Assembly (NCBI GenBank): GCA_964014485.1
Contig: CAXHAT010000099.1
Location: 1 to 27,568, forward strand
DNA: 27,568 bases
From: an uncultured Deferribacteres bacterium
GTDB taxonomy: Bacteria > Zhuqueibacterota > Zhuqueibacteria > Zhuqueibacterales > Geothermadaptataceae
Direction: 5' to 3'
Numbering within the stretch: the stretch's first letter is position 1; each line of letters begins with the position of its first letter. The notes below the pieces were generated by a model that worked only from the letters and a program-made list of their open reading frames with translations, had not been told where the DNA came from and did not search any database. A program made the position numbers and the translations under genes. Shown in pieces: positions 8,401-15,733 of the stretch.

Positions 8401-9511
8401 CGTGATGCGCGGCGTTGTAGTCGTAGTTGAGAACCGTGCCGAAAACTTTTCTTAGCGTAGCTTCAAGCCTCAAATATCGAATCCAGTCGGTTGGAGCGTC
8501 ATTCGCGAGGAATTTATCGGAGGCCGACCACCAGAGACCGTCAACGTCAATCGCCAGTCCGGCGCCATGTTGTCCGCCTTTGTCAACGTAGAGTCCGCCT
8601 GTTAAAATGTAGGCCGGGGCGTTTTCTACCTGGGTAATGTAGGGCGCCCAAGCGTCCAGTGCGGCTTGCAATCGAGGTTCGCCCCTGAAATTTCTGTTTG
8701 AGCGACCAGGCTCAGGCTCAATGACTCCATAGCCGTGCGCTTTTAAACGATCATAAGCCAATCTGTAACTTCCGGCGTGTGTGATATTCGTAAGGCCCAT
8801 CGCCGTGCTTTGTACGCCCTGCTGATCGGAAACGTCGTCGCTTGTCAAGGGCATAGGGCCGAAGCCGTCGTCATAGTCAAATGCTGCGCTGGTCGCGGCG
8901 TCTGGCGTTGCAGGTTGGACGCCGCCGTTTGCGGGGGCCGGCGTAGCGGGAGAAGATATAGGTGCTGCGCCATTGCCGTTGGTCGGTGCGGAAACGGCGC
9001 CGTTTATCGGCTGAGTGCCCGGCGTCGCCATATCTCCGGCCCATTCAAGAACGCCGTTGACGGCAGGACTGTAACCGTTGCCGTTTTCGCCGTATGAATT
9101 GCGTCCGCCTCCCATAATTTGCCTGCGGCGCGAGCTGCGTCCCGTCAAGGCAGATATATTGACCCACGGGCTGTCTTCGTTGGGGAGGCGCAATGTTGCA
9201 ACAGCGTCGCCGCCGGCATCGTTGAAGGTGGCCAGGCCGTAGTAAATTTTGGGCTGTCCGGCAAAACGCTGCAACGCTTGCTGCGGCACGAGATAAACAG
9301 CTTCTCCGCGCTCTATTGGCAAACGTCCTTCGGCGCGGCTGGAGTAAAAGTTGTTTTTCGTGCGCCGATCTTTTCCCTCCGAGCGCAGCAACGCCGGCTC
9401 CGATGCAATGGCTATCTCAAACCAGGGCGCCGCGTCGGTTTTAACGGTAAAACCAAGCACAGGAAACCGGTCACTCACTTCCATTCGATTAGGACGGATC
9501 ATCGTTGCCAT
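5483..9511 (-). CDS. Large multi-peptidase protein: unknown N-domain / M15-like Zn peptidase + PG-binding / trypsin-like Ser protease / two papain-like (AvrRpt2, C70-type) domains / unknown beta-rich C-domain
   Basis: AAGGAGG RBS 5 nt before ATG 9511; alternative ATG 9538 overlaps the upstream stop. Motifs: QHGAGLAID...HHDHWH (H-x6-D...HxH), VDGDWGPKS, TCAHN / DFDLGVI / GNSGSPV triad, NSWSEAAAM...HAAVITG...NDPW, and QLTGMSCWAAAAAM...GHAVTVTG...NDPW. Confidence 0.9.
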   Translation of the reverse strand: MATMIRPNRMEVSDRFPVLGFTVKTDAAPWFEIAIASEPALLRSEGKDRRTKNNFYSSRAEGRLPIERGEAVYLVPQQALQRFAGQPKIYYGLATFNDAGGDAVATLRLPNEDSPWVNISALTGRSSRRRQIMGGGRNSYGENGNGYSPAVNGVLEWAGDMATPGTQPINGAVSAPTNGNGAAPISSPATPAPANGGVQPATPDAATSAAFDYDDGFGPMPLTSDDVSDQQGVQSTAMGLTNITHAGSYRLAYDRLKAHGYGVIEPEPGRSNRNFRGEPRLQAALDAWAPYITQVENAPAYILTGGLYVDKGGQHGAGLAIDVDGLWWSASDKFLANDAPTDWIRYLRLEATLRKVFGTVLNYDYNAAHHDHWHCDLGRPTHWRAAESQAKFAQRVLNEVFGKNLTVDGDWGPKSQADSISVGYDFSQEGEWDRFLDNLIQGVSVAAAQSFNVNSTTAHALEIVDPLYQPTGFLDALESWYEWGKKYSRWHAGVDDTTFSPHSAICQFQIYFPGESGRFFGTGFYISQDRILTCAHNFFHPQTGAKAEKIIITPGMNGDVKPFSSFEVYSSALTPHPSYLTHTGDSNDFDLGVISVESPPPNGWYFELEALNMSILEPIIVCGYPYRSRRYKNIILDWRKQRLDADTIQGLSDNMERFQYNLQTLGGNSGSPVYYVYAYNDEERQQSVLAVSAIGVHVSRAKVEGTNQFSDTLNQGCRLTEDKINWIWSVGSSSGTSAQAFSQNNLTAPGSGAIPVNKAWGNVHLVQDAGRANSWSEAAAMVVGWRDSMSVNPAQLGNGFDRTSVAQAGNLTLENHAAYTLKELCQMLERYGPLWVAPKDGNHPHAAVITGVCGDGTEDGTYVYFNDPWGENADSPGGPQQNPTPSSGSQYSRTFRQLASKFDPRPGGDPATATHMDVQLMHAASAGGRSMTKLNCSESGSYSMAAQSRSCSAGTCSSEAMSSDQSFYMNWNSVDLAPQLTGMSCWAAAAAMVVGWRERVCLIPEEIARGSGLWAAYRRGLSPSSIETLADAWGLVKEPLASYTVEGFRQMLENNGPVWIGVARPNSGHAVTVTGLYGDGTPGGTTVIYNDPWPVGTGQWRAEKRYADFMQEYEDLTMRIPSGGITAQILHAGGTDGRTIQYGASLSQAANANETCRPNTPDLAAGQGVAKSMQAVEIASAIVGATMSRILDNEGDVHWELDQLQGLKHIGDYPSNAGTAGYQNKTLKIAGPVASTALGFDKIYVDCEVVFQYNGRSLGNIQVSVVNNSDAMGGSLTVKENIMNDANTYTTVPATSARFAAVKLRFHYRFGWTWPHDDWIAITDLTLYGNGSYDIRRRWTQK

Positions 9512-9537
9512 CCGAGCCTCCTTAAAAAAAGATCGCA

Positions 9538-9813
9538 TTATTCAAAAACTGATTTTCGCTTCAAGCGATAGCACGGGTTTTGCTTATCGCCGAACTTCTC
9601 CAGGACGCCTTTTTCAGTCAGGGAAGTTAAAACTTTTTCAAGCCGTTGAACTTCAACACGGATGCATTGTCGCAAAATCCACCATTCGGCTATGCCTTCA
9701 AGGGCGTCTGCGGCGGAGGGACATTCTTGAAGATAAGCCTGAATTGCATCAGCCAATTGCTTTTCGTCTTTCGTTGAACGGTGATGAACGTTCTTGCCGC
9801 AGGTCTTGCCCAA
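9538..9813 (-). CDS. Small hypothetical protein, winged-helix-like (YLxxxPxAADxLEGIxxWW)
   Basis: TTG start 6 nt after a perfect AGGAGG (9820-9825). Helices followed by LTEKGVLEK...CYRL wing-like end. Confidence 0.85.
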   Translation of the reverse strand: MGKTCGKNVHHRSTKDEKQLADAIQAYLQECPSAADALEGIAEWWILRQCIRVEVQRLEKVLTSLTEKGVLEKFGDKQNPCYRLKRKSVFE

Positions 9814-9844
9814 AACTGGCCTCCTGAAGTTGTCACTGCAAATG

Positions 9845-9859
9845 ACAAGCTTCGTACCA
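9845..9859 (-). promoter_or_regulatory. Putative sigma-54 (-24/-12) promoter of the peptidase operon
   Basis: Minus strand TGGTACG-AAGC-TTGT versus consensus TGGCACG-N4-TTGC, with correct spacing. It lies about 20 nt upstream of the RBS, and the adjacent gene is a GAFTGA activator. Confidence 0.75.
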
Positions 9860-9938
9860 CGTCGCTTTTCGAAATCATAACCTTCAGTAGATATTGATAT
9901 TTATGGATGGTTGTTATTTGCGAAATATTTGAAAAGGC

Positions 9939-10041
9939 GGGGGGTTTCGCCCCCATCATTGACAGTTCGCCAAAAACCTAAAAAACAGACACTTAGAAAG
10001 GCGGGTGATTTTTCACCCGGCGAGTGGGGGATTTTTTACCC
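9939..10041. promoter_or_regulatory. Three 16-bp GGG-N10-CCC palindromes, candidate upstream activator sequences
   Basis: 9939-9954 GGGGGGTTTCGCCCCC; 10003-10018 GGGTGATTTTTCACCC; 10026-10041 GGGGGATTTTTTACCC. They lie roughly 100-210 bp upstream of the predicted transcription start, separated from the promoter by an AT-rich tract. Confidence 0.65.
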
Positions 10042-10220
10042 TTAAGAAAATTTAGGAAAACTTTTAACAGGAGACCCAGAGGCCGAAGAAGCAGAATCTT
10101 TGTTGGCGTCCCGGCATAGATTGCGCTCAAAATTCAAGGGTTCGATCAAAAAGGCGCTTATAGTATGATGTAAAGCCATAAGATGACGAGATTTGATAAG
10201 TTGGAAATAACGACTGTTTT

Positions 10221-11270
10221 TTAGCTGCGATATTGCTGAGGATTAAGACCATGTTTTTTCAGAAGCCTGCCGAGATCACGACGCTCCTTCCCTGCAGCTT
10301 TCGCCGCCACCGTTACGTTTCCAGCATGCTTTTGCATGAGTCGCGTCAAATAATCCATTTCGAACGCTTCGATAACTTTCCGTTTCATTGTTTTGAATGA
10401 ACCAATCTTTGAATCACTTATGACTGAGTCGCGGTTTGTTGGTCGCATCAGCGGCGAAATTTCCAGATTGGATGCATGGATTTTGGAAGACTTGCTGAGA
10501 TGAACCCCTCTGATAACAGCGTTCTCGAGCTCACGGACGTTTCCCGGCCATTCGTATGTCATTAACGCTTGAGCGGCCTCCACAGCAAAGCTTTTCTCAG
10601 TCGTTTCGGGGTGTGAATGTTTTTGGATAAAGTGGTTTGCCAAAAGAAGAATATCTTCTTTCCTCTCTCGAAGCGGCGGCAAGAAAACTGAAAAAACGCA
10701 AAGCCGATAGAACAAATCTTGGCGGAACTTACCGCTTGCCACCAAATCTTCGATAGATTGGTTGGTTGCTGCAATAATTCGCACGTCAACAGTACTTTCT
10801 CTGACTCCTCCAATTGTACGAAAACGCTGGTCCTGCAAAACACGGAGCAGCGCGACTTGCGCTTTCGATGAGAGCGAATCGATTTCATCCAGAAAAAGAG
10901 TCCCTTTATCTGCTTGCACGATCAACCCTGCTCGCCTTGAGTGAGCTCCAGTAAAGGCGCCTTTTTCGTGCCCAAAAAGCTCACTCTCAAAAAGTGAATC
11001 CGGCAGCGCTCCACAATTGACCGGCACAAATGGAAACGACGCCCGTCTGCTCATGTAATGAATGGCGCGGGAAGCCAGTTCTTTGCCAGTTCCGGTTTCA
11101 CCGACGACGAGCACAGCAGCATCGCTTGCGGCTATGGATGGGAACTGTTGGGTCGCTTTTCTAAAGGCGGGCGAATCCCCCACAATTTTTGCTTGTGAAA
11201 GACCGTATCGAAGGCGTTCTACGATCTTTTCCAAACCACGCTCTCCCAACTTTTGGTTTTGCAAATCCAA
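10221..11270 (-). CDS. Sigma-54-dependent transcriptional activator (AAA+ plus Fis-type HTH) without N-terminal sensor domain
   Basis: Walker A GETGTGKE, GAFTGA loop, Walker B FLDEID, FRQDLFYRL, WPGNVREL, C-terminal GNVTVAAKAAG HTH. Start codon uncertain (TTG). Confidence 0.95.
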   Translation of the reverse strand: MDLQNQKLGERGLEKIVERLRYGLSQAKIVGDSPAFRKATQQFPSIAASDAAVLVVGETGTGKELASRAIHYMSRRASFPFVPVNCGALPDSLFESELFGHEKGAFTGAHSRRAGLIVQADKGTLFLDEIDSLSSKAQVALLRVLQDQRFRTIGGVRESTVDVRIIAATNQSIEDLVASGKFRQDLFYRLCVFSVFLPPLRERKEDILLLANHFIQKHSHPETTEKSFAVEAAQALMTYEWPGNVRELENAVIRGVHLSKSSKIHASNLEISPLMRPTNRDSVISDSKIGSFKTMKRKVIEAFEMDYLTRLMQKHAGNVTVAAKAAGKERRDLGRLLKKHGLNPQQYRS

Positions 11271-11501
11271 CTTTCGACTGCCGGTTCAAGAGACAGGTGA
11301 CGGTCGTCGAGGGCGCCAAGTACATAGCTTTTGAACAGGCAGGTCTTTTTGAAGTCGACAAGGCGACGTTCGCCATTTCCCACTCCTCAATGCGTCTCGT
11401 TTTGTTGGGGACTTTGAGCTTTGCGTAGTCACGCATATTTATATTTTGTAATTTTCATCGTACGCTTTTTAATCCGTTTCAAACCCGCCTGTTTCTTGAC
11501 C

Positions 11502-12248
11502 ATGGATTACGTCACCCTATCTAACCAGGCCCTGATCGAAGAATGCCAAAAGGAACCGCTTTCGGAGTTGGCGTGGAAACACTTTGTCGAGAGGTTTCAC
11601 AAGCATGTTTCCAAGTGTCTATATCGGCACGGCAAAAAGCTGCGCGTGGCGAAAAGCCATTCCGACCTCATGGACAAAGTCCAGGACTCTGCTCAAAACG
11701 TCCTCTTGAAGCTCGTCGCAAACGATCGTAATTTGATTAAAAACTTCAGGAACGAAACGGAGAATGCGATTTGGGCTTACTTGGCTATGATTTCTAAATC
11801 CGAGATGATGAACTACAAGTCCAGCCAGGAGACGCAAAAAAGAAAAGGCAAACATGTATCTTTCGATCAACCGATTGAGACGCCTGCCGGGCACCGCAAT
11901 ATAACTTGGGAAGAATCCATCTCAGAGACGATCTACGATCCGGAACTCAAAGAAAGGTTTGACAACAAAGTCGAAAAGTTGCTGGAAAAACTGAACGCTT
12001 TAAATTTTCATCGACACAAAGCCCGAAACGTCCTTATCTTCAAACTGCATGTTTTAAAAGATCTTACGCCGAAAGAAATTTTTTCGGTTCAAGGGTTCAA
12101 TCGGTCGGCAAATCTCAGTGAAGACACAGATAACTTCGGCGTTTCAGAAGACCATTTGCTTTTGCTCAACAAGGGCGGAAAAATGTCTCTAAAGCGTATT
12201 CAAAACCTCATCAGCGATATTAGAAAACAATTGAAAGATGATTGGTAA
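11502..12248 (+). CDS. ECF-type RNA polymerase sigma-70 factor
   Basis: LIEEC...AWKHFVERF, QDSAQNVLLKL, YLAMIS (region 2) and IFKLHVLKDLTPKEI...IQNLISDIRKQL (region 4); upstream of a ZAS anti-sigma gene. Confidence 0.8.
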   Translation: MDYVTLSNQALIEECQKEPLSELAWKHFVERFHKHVSKCLYRHGKKLRVAKSHSDLMDKVQDSAQNVLLKLVANDRNLIKNFRNETENAIWAYLAMISKSEMMNYKSSQETQKRKGKHVSFDQPIETPAGHRNITWEESISETIYDPELKERFDNKVEKLLEKLNALNFHRHKARNVLIFKLHVLKDLTPKEIFSVQGFNRSANLSEDTDNFGVSEDHLLLLNKGGKMSLKRIQNLISDIRKQLKDDW

Positions 12249-12265
12249 TTTTATGTCGGCGTCTG

Positions 12266-12290
12266 GGAATCATCTCCCGCGCTCTTGTCC
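12266..12290 (+). promoter_or_regulatory. Possible ECF-type promoter GGAAT-N16-GTCC
   Basis: Loose match to the generic ECF GGAAC-N16/17-GTC pattern in the sigma/anti-sigma intergenic region; short motif that could be chance. Confidence 0.2.
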
Positions 12291-12505
12291 CAACGAAAAT
12301 ATAGGACGCTCTTTCGCCCAAAGGTTCTTGTTTTTATTTATATGACATATAGTCGCCAAAACTGACAGGGCAAAGGACTCAAAATAAGAGTTTTCTCTGC
12401 TTGAATTGAGCATCGCAGAATGATGCATAAAAAGTTTTGTTGCATTGTACGTGCTGTGCGCACGGACTTTTAATAACGCGTGATTTTAAGACGGATATTT
12501 TTTTA

Positions 12506-13465
12506 ATGCTGCATCAACCTACGCCAGACTGCTTTGATGAAAATCAAATCATTCGCTATGTCGAAGGCGAACTTTCCGACGACGACAAGGAGCGGATGGA
12601 AAAACATTTTAACGATTGTCCCGCCTGTTTTGAGGAATTGGCGGATTTAACCGAAATTTTGTTCTCTGAAGAAAGCCTCGATGATTTTGAACAATCCTAT
12701 ACGCCGCCGACAAAATCTGAGGTGAGAAAATTTCTTAAACATGCGAGGCGAGAGAGTAACGCCTCATCTCGTTGGTCGTTTTTAAAAAAACTCTATTCGT
12801 TTTGGGAACGTTTTGAAGAAAGCTGGTCGAGAAAAATACCGGCGCCTGTTTTAAGAGTCGCCGTCCTTGTGATTTTTATGGTTCCGTCAGGTTTTTGGGC
12901 TTTTCGCTATTATCAAACCGATTACCAAATTTCTCAAGCGCGGAGTATTTTGACTGAAAACGCCGGAATCTATTACGGCGGCGCCCCGCGACTGACAGGC
13001 GGCTACAAAGCGGATCTGGTCGACAAAACCCAGATTATGAGCAACGATTCCAGCGATGCTTATCTTGGCGAAGTTACTAAAAAACTCGACAAAGCGCTCA
13101 GAAACGGCGCTGATGAAGTTGAGGCCCTGCGACTTCTTGCGCATGCGGCAATGTTGAAAAGCCAGTTGGCAAGAGCCGATTCATTGCTAGGTTCAGTTCT
13201 TAACCAAGGGAACCCAACAGCCGAGATTTACAATGATCTTGGCGCGGTAAAATACAAGCTGGAAAAATATGTAGAAGCCGACTCTTTTTTCTCAAAAGCG
13301 ACAGACCTCGATAGCACGCGCAGCGAATTCTTGTACAATCTTGCCTGGACAAAAAAAAGAACGGGGCGGGCTGAAACGGCGAAGACGCTTTTTACCAAGT
13401 GCCTGGCGTTAGAACTAACGGAAGAATGGCGACGAGCGATAGAAAGCGCATTAGCAGACCTTTAG
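12506..13465 (+). CDS. Anti-sigma factor: zf-HC2 (ZAS) domain, transmembrane helix, C-terminal TPRs
   Basis: YVEGELS...HFNDCPAC (HxxxCxxC); hydrophobic VAVLVIFMVPSGFWAF; TPR motifs IYNDLGAVKY and FLYNLAW. Confidence 0.88.
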   Translation: MLHQPTPDCFDENQIIRYVEGELSDDDKERMEKHFNDCPACFEELADLTEILFSEESLDDFEQSYTPPTKSEVRKFLKHARRESNASSRWSFLKKLYSFWERFEESWSRKIPAPVLRVAVLVIFMVPSGFWAFRYYQTDYQISQARSILTENAGIYYGGAPRLTGGYKADLVDKTQIMSNDSSDAYLGEVTKKLDKALRNGADEVEALRLLAHAAMLKSQLARADSLLGSVLNQGNPTAEIYNDLGAVKYKLEKYVEADSFFSKATDLDSTRSEFLYNLAWTKKRTGRAETAKTLFTKCLALELTEEWRRAIESALADL

Positions 13466-13518
13466 CCTCCCAGTAGTATTCACTTCGTCCGGGCCTCATC
13501 GAACAAAGGGGAACGTTT

Positions 13519-15696
13519 ATGTCTAGTTCTAGTTCGGACCACTTACATTCAGGGCGGAACCGAAACAAAAACATCACGCTGGTTCGCAGATTCCCTCTCG
13601 TCAAAACCTTTCGTACGCACAGCTTAGGGCTGACGCTGGCTTTTGTCAGCGTCGTAACCGCGGCGACATTTCACTATATTTACCATCATTCGATAATTTC
13701 ATGGGCGACCCCGGTTTCATCTATATTCTTCTTCGCGCTGCTCACTTATAATTTTGATTATCTGGTTCGGCAAATCGTATCCGCTTTTATGTCATTAGCC
13801 AAGCTAGCAATCTTTGTCGCGGTTGTGATTATTGCGTTAGTAATTTGGGGGTTGTCTTTGATTCAATCAGTGAATCTGGCCGGCAATCAATCAAGCTTGC
13901 TTATGCTTTGGTCACAGTTTGGTTTTTTGTTCATTGCCGCTTATTTGTCCGGCATGTTGTTCGCTTACCTTTACAATGCTCTGGTTTACTTCTTCGTCAC
14001 GACTTTCCAACACTCGAAGCTTAGAATTGCATTCGCGTATGATAAAACCAAAAGCCTGAACATCATCAAGTCCCCGGCGGAACGGGAAGAAATTGCGTTC
14101 TTGAAAGCCGTTCGGCCATTCAAATATTATGTTGAAACAATCCGCCATGCTGCGAACATAAATTCGCCGCGCGACGTCCTTCTGGAAATTATTCATGAGG
14201 CTTGGCACAGGGTTCATAAACGAGACCAGGAGCATTTTCTCATTTTTGTAGGGCTCGGAATAAATGACTCGTGGGAGGCTCTCCGAAGCCGCATTACTTC
14301 AGAGCTTGCAAATAACAAAAGCGATATGCTCCGAACACTTGAAAGAGATTTTGAGCCGATTGTAGAGCGCGCCCTCCATTTAAAAGAACACAAGCTTTAT
14401 AATTATGAAATCAAGAATGAGCCTCCTCAGCCGTTCACCATTGCCTTTGTCGCCAATCCAACACTCTTAAGAAAAAACGACGATATGGCACAAACGGTAT
14501 CCCCTGAAACCGATCCGATCATGAAAGATCGCAAGTTGTTTTTTCGGACGGTTGACAGAGCGCTCCGAGCCATGGAAGGAAATGACGTGTTCGGACGACC
14601 GGAGATATGGAGTCGTGTTCGTATTTTAACCTGGTTTCCGGCTGAAACTTCCAACGCCGCCGGCACAACGCCGACGATTAATCTGGTACAAGATTTGGGG
14701 CCGCAAATTTTGGAAGATGAACGCATTTCGGATAACATGCTGACTCCTTCCACTGACATGACTTCTCATTTTATCAACGAAATGTTTATTCCCGGTCTAG
14801 ATGAGCATAATGACCTTAAACAAGCTGTTAAAGTCGGATTTAGCGGATTATCAACAGATCCCAATGCGCCCGATTTGCCGCATATCGACGTCATCACTGC
14901 GGTCAGCGCTTCGGAAACAAACACTCGCGCCTCAGCGCGATACGCAAACTACCTCGAGTCGCAAAACGGCGCATCGACGAATTCGCATACGGAAAAAGAA
15001 TATGATGATCCGCCTTGCGCTAAAGATTGCGAGTGTCGTCCGAGCAAAGAGAACGAGTTTTATTTTAATCCAGACCCGCATGGAACGAAAATGCGCAAGA
15101 AGCCAAACAATAAATTCGAACCGGAATTTAAACCCTATTTGATTTTGAAAGACGACGGCGCCGGAGGGGTAAACGAAGAATTGTACGACGGCACAAAACC
15201 GGAACACAAGAGCTTTGAACACGAGGATTTTACAGAACACCCCGGGCGAATCGCCGTTAACGCGCTGACAGCAACCGGCCACACGTTTGTCCACGAACTG
15301 GCGCACGCCATCTCGTCGGCGCAAAACGGTATTATTGCCGACGAATACATCAATCGCGCTTATGTTATTGATCACGATGCGCAAGCCGCTGCAAACAATA
15401 CCTCCGGCAGCCAGAATAATCATCCGCTTTTTTATATCAATCGTATCGAGCAGAAGCGGCCTAACGACCACAGAGTCGCAGCGGTGCACCAAGTATTTGG
15501 AAACTATAATTGCGTTGATTACAGAAGCGACTTGTACCCGCCGTCCGCTGAAGAAAATTGGAATATTTACTTTCCTGAGCGCGAGGATCCAAATGTTGCC
15601 TGCACCATGGATCGGGCTTACGGCGCCCATCGTTTCGACAAGTTATTGAGTCGCTTTATTTATGACCGCATGATCGCAAAAGTTAATCGACGTTAA
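13519..15696 (+). CDS. Membrane-anchored zinc metallopeptidase, M64-like
   Basis: About four hydrophobic segments in the first ~165 aa. TFVHELAHAISSAQNGIIADEY (HExxH at 15292-15306 followed by ADEY, as in M64) and a downstream CTM. Confidence 0.75.
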   Translation: MSSSSSDHLHSGRNRNKNITLVRRFPLVKTFRTHSLGLTLAFVSVVTAATFHYIYHHSIISWATPVSSIFFFALLTYNFDYLVRQIVSAFMSLAKLAIFVAVVIIALVIWGLSLIQSVNLAGNQSSLLMLWSQFGFLFIAAYLSGMLFAYLYNALVYFFVTTFQHSKLRIAFAYDKTKSLNIIKSPAEREEIAFLKAVRPFKYYVETIRHAANINSPRDVLLEIIHEAWHRVHKRDQEHFLIFVGLGINDSWEALRSRITSELANNKSDMLRTLERDFEPIVERALHLKEHKLYNYEIKNEPPQPFTIAFVANPTLLRKNDDMAQTVSPETDPIMKDRKLFFRTVDRALRAMEGNDVFGRPEIWSRVRILTWFPAETSNAAGTTPTINLVQDLGPQILEDERISDNMLTPSTDMTSHFINEMFIPGLDEHNDLKQAVKVGFSGLSTDPNAPDLPHIDVITAVSASETNTRASARYANYLESQNGASTNSHTEKEYDDPPCAKDCECRPSKENEFYFNPDPHGTKMRKKPNNKFEPEFKPYLILKDDGAGGVNEELYDGTKPEHKSFEHEDFTEHPGRIAVNALTATGHTFVHELAHAISSAQNGIIADEYINRAYVIDHDAQAAANNTSGSQNNHPLFYINRIEQKRPNDHRVAAVHQVFGNYNCVDYRSDLYPPSAEENWNIYFPEREDPNVACTMDRAYGAHRFDKLLSRFIYDRMIAKVNRR

Positions 15697-15733
15697 GACC
15701 TAAACGCTATACGACGTTTCAAAGGAGAAAGAA

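Noticed and set aside
1759..9813. Prophage, T6SS or eCIS structural operon
   Set aside because: No recognisable sheath, tube, baseplate, VgrG/PAAR, terminase or capsid motifs in these proteins.
9690..9959. 89-aa minus-strand ORF over the promoter region
   Set aside because: It overlaps the better-supported 91-aa gene and the -24/-12 and UAS elements, and has no motifs.
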